A DNA stretch of 63,833 nucleotides, counting the filler, from Octopus bimaculoides (lineage: Eukaryota): the NCBI RefSeq assembly GCF_001194135.2. It is 6 parts of 6 records of this genome, joined end to end, with 100 filler letters (N's around TTAATTAATTAA, not from the genome) between each part and the next. Parts side by side here need not be neighbours in the genome. Positions count along the whole stretch, not along the records: positions 52,074 to 59,228 come from NC_068990.1; positions 59,329 to 63,833 come from NC_068988.1; 4 more parts are not named here. One strand, written 5' to 3'. This document shows, one piece after another, positions 53,375 through 63,833 of this stretch (the stretch's first letter is position 1; each line of letters starts with the position of its first letter). The notes below the pieces were generated by a model. The model saw nothing but the letters and a program-made list of their open reading frames with translations. It searched no databases and had not been told where the DNA came from. The position numbers and the translations under genes were made by a program.

Positions 53375-55932
53375 TACATACATACATACATACATACATA
53401 CATACACACATACATTCATTTATTCATTCAATATGTGTGTGTATGTGTATCCCTATCCAGTTACGCAGAGAGGAGGAAAGCTGCTATCATTTNNNNNNNN
53501 NNNNNNNNNNNNNNNNNNNNNNNNNNNNNNNNNNNNNNNNNNNNNNNNNNNNNNNNNNNNNNNNNNNNNNNNNNNNNNNNNNNNNNNNNNNNNNNNNNNN
53601 NNNNNNNNNNNNNNNNNNNNNNNNNNNNNNNNNNNNNNNNNNNNNNNNNNNNNNNNNNNNNNNNNNNNNNNNNNNNNNNNNNNNNNNNNNNNNNNNNNNN
53701 NNNNNNNNNNNNNNNNNNNNNNNNNNNNNNNNNNNNNNNNNNNNNNNNNNNNNNNNNNNNNNNNNNNNNNNNNNNNNNNNNNNNNNNNNNNNNNNNNNNN
53801 NNNNNNNNNNNNNNNNNNNNNNNNNNNNNNNNNNNNNNNNNNNNNNNNNNNNNNNNNNNNNNNNNNNNNNNNNNNNNNNNNNNNNNNNNNNNNNNNNNNN
53901 NNNNNNNNNNNNNNNNNNNNNNNNNNNNNNNNNNNNNNNNNNNNNNNNNNNNNNNNNNNNNNNNNNNNNNNNNNNNNNNNNNNNNNNNNNNNNNNNNNNN
54001 NNNNNNNNNNNNNNNNNNNNNNNNNNNNNNNNNNNNNNNNNNNNNNNNNNNNNNNNNNNNNNNNNNNNNNNNNNNNNNNNNNNNNNNNNNNNNNNNNNTT
54101 TGCCTTTAATTTCTCTATTGTTTATACAGTTTTGCTTGGATTGTAAACTATTTTTCACTAGAATACTAGCAACGAAATTGTGTTGCTATTTACTCGGTGT
54201 CGATGGTGGTAGTAGTCGTGGAAGTGTGACTAAGTTATTGGTAACAAGAGTGAAAACTATTATTTCATACACGCGTACACATATATTTAATAACCACACA
54301 CAAACTCTGATACATATCTATATCTATATACATATATGTGTAAATAAACCTATACAGATATTCATTTATATAAATGACTGTGTGGATATGAATTCTGTGA
54401 ATATATCTTTTCAGTGCATAAGCACTAATTCAATATATACATACATACATACATACATACATACATACATACATACATACATACATACATGCATACNNNN
54501 NNNNNNNNNNNNNNNNNNNNNNNNNNNNNNNNNNNNNNNNNNNNNNNNNNNNNNNNNNNNNNNNNNNNNNNNNNNNNNNNNNNNNNNNNNNNNNNNNNNN
54601 NNNNNNNNNNNNNNNNNNNNNNNNNNNNNNNNNNNNNNNNNNNNNNNNNNNNNNNNNNNNNNNNNNNNNNNNNNNNNNNNNNNNNNNNNNNNNNNNNNNN
54701 NNNNNNNNNNNNNNNNNNNNNNNNNNNNNNNNNNNNNNNNNNNNNNNNNNNNNNNNNNNNNNNNNNNNNNNNNNNNNNNNNNNNNNNNNNNNNNNNNNNN
54801 NNNNNNNNNNNNNNNNNNNNNNNNNNNNNNNNNNNNNNNNNNNNNNNNNNNNNNNNNNNNNNNNNNNNNNNNNNNNNNNNNNNNNNNNNNNNNNNNNNNN
54901 NNNNNNNNNNNNNNNNNNNNNNNNNNNNNNNNNNNNNNNNNNNNNNNNNNNNNNNNNNNNNNNNNNNNNNNNNNNNNNNNNNNNNNNNNNNNNNNNNNNN
55001 NNNNNNNNNNNNNNNNNNNNNNNNNNNNNNNNNNNNNNNNNNNNNNNNNNNNNNNNNNNNNNNNNNNNNNNNNNNNNNNNNNNNNNNNNNNNNNNNNNNN
55101 NNNNNNNNNNNNNNNNNNNNNNNNNNNNNNNNNNNNNNNNNNNNNNNNNNNNNNNNNNNNNNNNNNNNNNNNNNNNNNNNNNNNNNNNNNNNNNNNNNNN
55201 NNNNNNNNNNNNNNNNNNNNNNNNNNNNNNNNNNNNNNNNNNNNNNNNNNNNNNNNNNNNNNNNNNNNNNNNNNNNNNNNNNNNNNNNNNNNNNNNNNNN
55301 NNNNNNNNNNNNNNNNNNNNNNNNNNNNNNNNNNNNNNNNNNNNNNNNNNNNNNNNNNNNNNNNNNNNNNNNNNNNNNNNNNNNNNNNNNNNNNNNNNNN
55401 NNNNNNNNNNNNNNNNNNNNNNNNNNNNNNNNNNNNNNNNGATGTATATAAAATACTTATTATATAAAGATAGAAAAATATTATTAAAAATATCAAAATG
55501 ATAAACATTCCATAATCAACCCTACGGCCATTATAATATAAGCTAACAGGTATATTATATGCAAAAACCAATTAACGAATTTTTTCGTTTAAAATACAAT
55601 TTGAACGAAGTTTAAGGTTAAAATAATAAAGATAGAATTAGCACATATTTAAACAATGCAATAGTTTAAGCTAGACTATTTATGACTAAAAACGTTTATT
55701 TATAAGAAGTCTAGTGAAAATATTGCGTAAAGAATAGGAATAGAAATAAAAATAAGAATGAAAATATTATGAATGAAAGATTAAACTTTATATAACTTAA
55801 GTCATAATAATAAAAAAAAATTAACGATATTGTATAATGAAATAAATAAAAAGACTAGTTATTTATCTCATAAAATAGAAAGAAATATTAAACAGTATTA
55901 ATCGAAAATATTTCAACCCTAATCAAATCGAA

Positions 55933-56022
55933 GTCTGCTACAGCTTCAATCACTTCCTCAGATGTGATCGGCCCCTCACAAGACTCACAAGACTCCGCAT
56001 CCTGCCCCGAAAGGCGCGGAAG
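55933..56022 (-). mobile_element. Isolated ~90-bp Tx1 RT fragment with a 9-bp internal duplication
   Basis: PRLSGQDAESCESCEGPITSEEVIEAVAD; about 4 mismatches versus 57855-57935. Confidence 0.85.
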
Positions 56023-56030
56023 CCTTACTA

Positions 56031-56290
56031 CCCCTCTTGAGGTCGCAGATATTTTGATGTAACTTTTTTTTCTACTGAAAAGGTATCGATTAAAATTATC
56101 ATTAGAAATGAATAGGAACATTTTGATAAGTATAGCTTTTGCTCTGTTAAACGAATTTATATCATTGTTTGAAAAAAATATGTATTCATGTATTTTTATA
56201 TTATTCAATTGATTTTTAATGATAATTTTAATCGATACCTTTTCAGTAGAAAAAAAAGTTACATCAAAATATCTGCGACCTCAAGAGGGG
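56031..56290. repeat. Perfect 74-bp inverted repeat with a 112-bp spacer
   Basis: 56031-56104 is the exact reverse complement of 56217-56290, including the T8/A8 run. Confidence 0.95.
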
Positions 56291-56538
56291 CAATAAGGCA
56301 CCTATTCACCTTCAATTAATGTAAACTTTTAAATTTTAAAATAAAAGTATACTTTTCTTAGGCTTACATGATAGAAAAAGTATGAGGAATTCAGAGTCGT
56401 TAGTCGCATTGAACAAAGATTAGTAGAAGAAAAGTTATGGGGTGAAATACCACGAAATTTCGTGTAAGAGAGTAAGGAAGTAACGCTTATCAATAAAAAT
56501 ATTAATTAAAGAATATTTTGCTAAAATGTTTACGTTCT

Positions 56539-56665
56539 AAGGCCGTAAGCTGGCAGAAACGTTAACGCGCCGAGCGAAATGCTTATCGGTATTTCACCTA
56601 TGTTTACATTTTGAGTTCAAATTCCACCGAGATCGACTTTGCTTTTTATCCATTTCGGATCTATT
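56539..56665 (+). mobile_element. SINE family C, 3'-truncated
   Basis: aaggccgtaagctggcagaaacgttaacg...gagttcaaattccaccgag. Confidence 0.8.
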
Positions 56666-57419
56666 CAATTTGACGTACAAATTATTTAATTTTTTTTTAG
56701 TAAACACTTTGAAACTTCCGATACTGGTACAATGTGTCACATACAACAGTGTTTACTCTTAACGTTTTTGACAAAATTTTGTATTTTAGAAGTTATTTCG
56801 TCACAAGTTACAGAATGACAACGGACAAATTCGTGTTTGATAAGTGCCAATACACGAAATTCTCAGGTTTTGACTTACTATCTAACTTCTGCCGATATAT
56901 ATGCATATTATACATATATGTGTAAAAAAAATCTCATCACGCAATCAAACCAAGGAAAGAGCCTCTACCTTGTCGCTCGACACGCTAAAATAGCAGCCAA
57001 TGTATCCCCCTACCCAGTATTTTATAAGGTAAAATCCTAAATCATTAATTGACACATTATTAATTACCTTATAACAGCAATGATTGGAAAAATCATGGAT
57101 TACATGGAAAAATGCGAGCATGAAAAGTCTTATTCTTTAGATTATAAACCTGGAAAAGTACAGGACAAGTTATTACACCTGTAAAAGTATAGGGCAAACT
57201 ATTAATTCAAGTGAAGTAAGGAATAAGAAACTTTTCACTTAAAATTTGAATATTAAAAATATTTTATTATAGTTTACAATAACACTATACTTATTTAAGT
57301 AGAATTTGGCTAATTTACTGCCTTAAATACAGAAAAAATGTGACTAATTAGACAAACTTACAAATTAGCTGAACAGTTTTGCACAATAAATTTAAAAGAT
57401 GAGAGCTGTAAAGAGTGAT

Positions 57420-58914
57420 AAATTAGAAGAACTAGCATGTAATAACAAATGGTGGTATACTCTAAAATGAGCCATAAAAGTTGAGTCTATTAGCTATAGC
57501 ATAAATTTAGTGGCCAAGGAACGTAAGAAAGAAGAGGGTCTAGTTAAGAACTTAAAGGAAGCCTTGAGGACTGGCGGTGCAGCCCAGGCTGGAATTAACC
57601 AGCATTTCGAAACCCAACACATGGGGTGCTAGACATCGTGCAGTGAGTTGCGAAGGAATCAAGGCCGTTGGATGGGGTCGAGTGGTGGAAGTTCAACGTG
57701 GAAATAATTTCACAGTTCGATCTTTGATAAACCATCAAGGTGTGTTGATAAACGGACCCAAGGAAATGTGTGAGGTTTTCAGGAGCACTTCGTCCAGCTT
57801 TTCGGGGAACGATAGACCGGATGGTAGGAGGGACCTCTGGACTTCCTTACCGGGTTTCCGCGCCTTTCGGGGCAGGATGCGGAGTCTTGTGAGGGGCCGG
57901 TCACATGAGAGGAAGTGATTGAGGCTGTAGCAGACAGTGGCATAGATAAGTTACCGGGACTGGATGGTCTACCCTACGAGTTATATAAATGTATGCCAGA
58001 CTTGTTCGGGTACCTGCTGGCTAGTGTGTACGCGAACTGGCAACAGAATGGGTTTATTCCCGGATCTGTGCGCCGATGAGTGGTGACACTGATCAGAAAG
58101 GACCCAGACAAGGGGGATCGTATGGATAATTTCCGGCCCATCACTCTCCTAAACACAGAAGTGAAGATTTGGGCCGAGGTGCTAGCAAAAAGGTTGGCGC
58201 GTGTCACGGATGGTCTGATCGGGGAGGCACAGACATGTGCCATTCCCGGCAGAAGCATCCAGGATAATCTCCGCCTCCTCCGCTACACCTTAGAGGGGTT
58301 TGGGAGTAAATCTGGCAAAAGTGGGGCATTGGTACATTTAGATCAATCTAATGCTTTCGATTGGGTTGACCATCACTATCTGGTATCTGTTCTTGCACAG
58401 TTCAGCGTGGGGCTTGGTTTCATTAGGTGAATAATTCAATTGTTTGTAAACATTGACTCGATCGTTCGAGTGAACGGTTTTCTCTCAAGACCGTTCCGCA
58501 TCAAACGCTCGGTTCGCCAAGGGTGCCCACTCTCACCGCTTTTGCATGTGATGGTTCTTGAGCCGTTACTGTGAAGGTTGAGTGGCATCCCGAGAGAGCC
58601 AGGATGTGGAGAATTGGTTTCAGCTTATGCGGATGACATCACCATCAGCGTGACCAAAATGGAACACCTACAGAGAGCAGGCAGGGCCATTGAGGTTTAC
58701 GAGACGGTAGCAGGAGCAAAGATTAACCGAGAAAAATCAGTCGGTTTGCAACTCGGCACCTGGAGGAGCAAATCGATGCCTTCAGAGAGCGTCGTATGAC
58801 GTTGGACGGAGGGCCCGGTTAAGTTGCTAGGGGTCTGGTTTGGTCTGGACCTCCAGGTAGAGAAAAACTAGCCGAGGTTTCGAGCAGGGTAGCTCACATA
58901 GCCAGGACCTGGTT
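57420..58914 (+). mobile_element. Tx1/L1-clade ORF2 pseudogene with the RT core
   Basis: NNKWW...PGLDGLPYELY...FRPITLLNTEVKI...LDQSNAFDWVDH...[12 protein letters not shown]...SAYADDIT...KINREKS...VKLLGVWFG; several stops. Confidence 0.93.
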
Positions 58915-59228
58915 TATAAAAGAGTTTGTCTTACTGATAAGCTGCTTAAGGAATGTATTTTTTGGTGGAATGGGTATGTCCTTAAGTGATGCGTTGATGT
59001 TGAATAACTCCATATTTGGGATCTATTAAGGTAGCAGGTTTAATTATGGACCTGTTCAAAATATATAATTATGTGTATTTCTTCTATCTTAATGAATAAA
59101 AATTCTTCTGATAGAATAAATGGGTTAATAGAAACCAATGTAGCAAAGAACACAAAATAACTGTGGTTAGCTCCTGTTTTTAAGGCAGGAACTCCTTGAA
59201 ATTTTGGGTATTTGAGTATATTTAAGAT
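58912..59228 (-). mobile_element. 5' start of a Naiad-like Penelope element ORF
   Basis: ATG at 59013: MELFNINASLKDIPIPPKNTFLKQLISKTNSFI, matching from recall the 'SLKNIPIP...LI.K...FI.R.RWKA' N-terminus of GIY-YIG PLE proteins of aquatic invertebrates. Confidence 0.55.
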
Positions 59229-59328
59229 NNNNNNNNNNNNNNNNNNNNNNNNNNNNNNNNNNNNNNNNNNNNTTAATTAATTAANNNNNNNNNNNNNNNN
59301 NNNNNNNNNNNNNNNNNNNNNNNNNNNN
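59229..59328. other. Artificial scaffold linker
   Basis: 44N-TTAATTAATTAA-44N. Confidence 0.95.
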
Positions 59329-59367
<39 letters not shown>

Positions 59368-59702
59368 TATGTATATATAAGTATGCATGAGGTGCGTGTT
59401 TGCATATATAAATCGAAGTATTAACGTAGTTAACAGCATCAGTAAAGTAACATGTCAGATATATACGTAATACGGCGACATTTACGAACAAAAGATTATA
59501 TACCAGTGGTCTTGGCTTTGTGATGATATGCTACAGCCTGGCTCTTCATTCTTTTTTTCATAACAATTTTCCTGAATTCCACACATACATTCATACTCGC
59601 GAACGTGCATACACACATATATGCACATATTCATACACACGTACACACATACGTACGTACATTTTTGCATACACGTGTGTGTATACATATGTATATGTTT
59701 GC

Positions 59703-59758
<56 letters not shown>

Positions 59759-61791
59759 ATATNNNNNNNNNNNNNNNNNNNNNNNNNNNNNNNNNNNNNN
59801 NNNNNNNNNNNNNNNNNNNNNNNNNNNNNNNNNNNNNNNNNNNNNNNNNNNNNNNNNNNNNNNNNNNNNNNNNNNNNNNNNNNNNNNNNNNNNNNNNNNN
59901 NNNNNNNNNNNNNNNNNNNNNNNNNNNNNNNNNNNNNNNNNNNNNNNNNNNNNNNNNNNNNNNNNNNNNNNNNNNNNNNNNNNNNNNNNNNNNNNNNNNN
60001 NNNNNNNNNNNNNNNNNNNNNNNNNNNNNNNNNNNNNNNNNNNNNNNNNNNNNNNNNNNNNNNNNNNNNNNNNNNNNNNNNNNNNNNNNNNNNNNNNNNN
60101 NNNNNNNNNNNNNNNNNTATATATATATATATATATGTATATAATTTGAAGAAAAGCAACAAAAATGTATTAGGTTATAGTAGTACGTATGTTTCGTTCA
60201 AACTTCATTTATTTATGTAGTGAGAACACCACATAAGATGTGCAATGAAAATGTACTCCTCAGCTGCATAGTGGAAGCTCATTTCAGAAAGTCATTTTGT
60301 AAATGTGTGCAAATAGAAGAGTAGGAGATGAAGAAAATACCATCTTGACTGGGCTGTTAATTAACAGTCCAGTGATCAAACAGGAATTTAATTTCTATAT
60401 ATATAGAAATAACAGTAGCATTCTTCCCTTTTACGGGACTGTCACATTAAGTTGACAACATACTATCACAATAAATACTTGTCCGAGGTTTAACAGCAAA
60501 ACCTGGAGTAATGTATGAAATCAGACGCCATGAACAGCAAAATGTACGTGATGGAGGCAACAAGAGACAACTCTGTATTCTTCAGAGGCGTATTAATTAT
60601 TTATTGAAACCATAAATTACAGAATTACAGTTACGTGGTTTAAGTAAAAGAAAATAGCTGGATATAGTTTCGATCCCGTATTGTAGATGACTGAACATAT
60701 ATTTCATCGTTCGAAAAAGTCAAAATATACAAGTACTCGAAAAATAAATGAATTAATTAAAGATTCAATTACGAGTTTCATTAGGGAGGATGGACTAACA
60801 GTCTAGTTCTACTTCGCTTATTTATCCTGCTAGACGCAATCATTCTAAACTACATTTTATTTTAATTTTTCTGTTTTGTTTTTCTCCTGTGGTGCAAAAC
60901 CTAATTAAAAACGATCTGCTTGTTATCTGTTGTTATAATTAAAGAAAGAATAGTAATTGTTGATTTAAATTTAAAAAAAAAATTGAGTGGTTTTACTGTT
61001 CTGATTTTGAACAATTGAATAGAAGCAAACAGGAAAGAAAAATAAATTAATAAAACGGTAAAGGCGAGTACGAGAAAGAAGTACGAGTCTATTGGCGGTA
61101 TTAGACATTAACAATAATGCATTATGACTTCAAGTAAAGCTTAGGAATACTTTCTGTTCACTTGATGTCTAATGCTTTGAGATGTAGCATTGAGTAAAAT
61201 CAATATATAAATGCATATATAAATGTATATGTATGTGTTATATGTTAATGTGTACGTGCGTGTGTTGTACATATATATATGTATACGGGTGTGTATATCT
61301 ATACACATATGGAGCACAGTCAACCACTTTCACATAACCGATTAGCTCACATCCTCCTCCTTAAAACGTCGACATTCAGGAATTCCCTTTGTATACAAAT
61401 ATGCATAGAAACATATATGCATATTCATATGTATGTATATACGTATGTATGTATGTATGTATGTATGTATGTATATANNNNNNNNNNNNNNNNNNNNNNN
61501 NNNNNNNNNNNNNNNNNNNNNNNNNNNNNNNNNNNNNNNNNNNNNNNNNNNNNNNNNNNNNNNNNNNNNNNNNNNNNNNNNNNNNNNNNNNNNNNNNNNN
61601 NNNNNNNNNNNNNNNNNNNNNNNNNNNNNNNNNNNNNNNNNNNNNNNNNNNNNNNNNNNNNNNNNNNNNNNNNNNNTATATATATAATTAGAAAATGGAG
61701 AAGACTTTTGATCAACAAACAAATTGACCAACATCGGTTGATTATTTTTTAATACAAAACATGACATAACATTTCTTATGGTTGTTTCCGT

Positions 61792-61941
61792 TTCCAATGT
61801 TAGTCAGTGCTTACGAAAGAAATTCCGAAAATAATATTTTTCATCTTCGTAGCACGTTCGATCTAGTACATGGAGCGAATGTGCTACGCAGATGAATTTC
61901 ATTAACGGAATTTCTTTCGTAAGTACCGACTATCATTGGAA
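61792..61941. repeat. 150-bp fold-back hairpin
   Basis: TTCCAATGTTAGTCAGTGCTTACGAAAGAAATTCCG...TTCATCTTCGTAGCACGTTCG pairs with CGAATGTGCTACGCAGATGAA...CGGAATTTCTTTCGTAAGTACCGACTATCATTGGAA. Confidence 0.9.
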
Positions 61942-63138
61942 CTCTGAGGTTAATGAATAATTAAAAAAAAAAACATATTTCCTGCTCTTCGTACATAAAT
62001 ACTGCACCAATAGTTAAGATTTTCTACAAATATATTAACAAAACCATTCTGTGGAGTTATATTGAATTTCTATTAGTAAGAATAGGCTTAATCCCGCCAT
62101 CATTTCCATATCTCTTCATCTTCTATTAGCTGCGTTATTTGGTGAAAAAAATTCCCATGGATGAGAGCAATGTCTTAAAGAAGGTCACTGTTGGTGTCAT
62201 ATTCTTCAATTTCTGAATATTCTTTGATGAGACGAATAAATTTTAAATTACAACACACTTCTCCACTTTTCTATTACCATCTTTGCTATTATTCTCCTTC
62301 TTAGGTCTGTTAATGACTAGTTTAGTTGCCGGGAGATTTCATCTTCGCAAATATCCTAAAGATATGGTTTTAATCTGAACCAGAGGGCAACCTTATTATG
62401 TAATTATAAAGCAAGTATTGAAATCAACTAAGTCACATAAACTTCTTACTAATTCTAACATAACAGAAATATATGGAATTTTTAACTTATAGGTGACTTC
62501 GAAGGAAAAGCTTTATCCAATAGGTCTCTTCGAAACATAAGCTTGAAAAATAAATAAATCAACGATAAATTAACTGGAATATTAAAATTTCCGATAGATT
62601 AAACAAAACTGTAAAAGTCAATGTTTGCATTTCTTTTTCGTTTTATTTTTATAAAATAAAATTCGTATAACGTTCAACGGATAAATGAATTATAAAGACA
62701 TAAATGAAACATCGAACATCACACCTCCGAGTAAACATTGCATATACTAGTTGAAAGTATGTTTAAAAGAGACAGAGCAAAAAAAAAAACAGTGTAGGTG
62801 TGTGTGTGTATGTGTGTGTTGGTGTTTATTGGTATGTGGCAGAGAGAAAGGCAGACATAGAGTGAAGAGAAGGTGGAGGGTGTTGGAGAGAATGAGAGGA
62901 TATGATGTAGCATAAACACGACGAAAGTGGTGGATAACTAAGGATTATAAAAATTATCTCTGTACTTTGAACAGCCCAGTTAAAAGGGCGTATCTCTTCT
63001 TTTATTGCTGCTCAAAGCGACTATTTCAAATAAGATGATAAAGCTGATGGTTTACTAACAATACTTATTTGGTAATTAAAACAACGCTGACAGCAAAACA
63101 ACAATAGCAACAACATCAAATTACACAAATTCATACCT

Positions 63139-63140
<2 letters not shown>

Positions 63141-63211
<71 letters not shown>

Positions 63212-63305
63212 CATCTTCATCATCATTAATGCTGTCGTTGTCATCATCGTTGTTGTCGTCGTTGTTGCTGTTGTTATTGTTGTTAATGATGTTGTTGTTG
63301 TTGAT
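63141..63305. repeat. (ATT)n grading into (CAT)/(GTT)n
   Basis: Direct inspection. Confidence 0.95.
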
Positions 63306-63637
63306 ATTACGGTCTTTTTTTTTGTAGATCGTTTGTTTGACGACTTGTACAGTTTTTATATGTTTGGAAGTTTTATTTGCTGGAGAGAAATCAATAGTTT
63401 TACATCGATTTTTTTTTCATATATTTTATTCAGTTTTAGTTGCTGTTGGTCATCAAGTTTTCTTTTTAATAAAATCAATACTAGAATATCATTAAAAGTT
63501 TTTTAAAGATAGAGAATGGTTTCCTTGCCTATCTATCTATCTGTTTGCCTGTCTGTTTGTCTAACTATCCATTCATCTATGTATCTATCTATCTATCTGT
63601 TTGCCTGTCTGTCTGTCTAACTATCCATTCATCTATG

Positions 63638-63715
<78 letters not shown>

Positions 63716-63744
63716 CCTATCTATATATCTATCTATCTATCTAT

Positions 63745-63833
63745 CAATATCACCAAACTGGAGCGCTTCCTCTTCCGCTTCTTGTGGAAAGGAAGCGTTC
63801 CGATGGTTAGGCGATCCGTTTGCTGCCAACACC
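63745..63833 (+). mobile_element. Tx1/L1-clade ORF2 fragment at the window end
   Basis: [28 protein letters not shown]. Confidence 0.75.

Noticed and set aside
58915-59228. Possible mitochondrial insertion (AT-rich)
   Set aside because: No mitochondrial gene motif was found; it translates better as a PLE ORF start.

Overview
This is repeat-dominated, gap-rich eukaryotic genomic DNA. The SINE families, the (AT)n/(CA)n/(TACA)n/(AAT)n microsatellite load and the LINE/DNA-transposon content fit an Octopus (cephalopod) short-read assembly; the taxon is an inference. Almost all long ORFs in the supplied track are microsatellite or N-gap artefacts. Five identical 100-bp artificial joins (44 N + TTAATTAATTAA + 44 N) split the window into six pieces whose adjacency is not guaranteed. 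No intact protein-coding gene, rRNA, true tRNA gene or CRISPR array is supported. DNA transposons: degenerate mariner, maT/DD37D and Tc1 elements, and a Mutator with a 9-bp TSD nested in a LINE. Retroelements: Tx1/L1-clade LINE pieces (one has lost its whole RT), R4/Dong-like RLE-endonuclease LINE 3' ends, RTE-like 3' ends carrying C2H2 zinc fingers, Penelope-like fragments (one Naiad-like) and three tRNA-derived SINE families. Several fold-back hairpins are also present. The most interesting signals are minus-strand type I hammerhead ribozyme motifs with palindromic stem III: a compact one at 46278-46339, one with a ~95-nt structured insertion in stem II at 48266-48409, and a decayed relic of similar architecture at 28321-28417. 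A few phase-compatible minus-strand micro-exon candidates may belong to an unidentified large-intron host gene (low confidence). Coordinates and identities were read by eye and may be off by a few bases.
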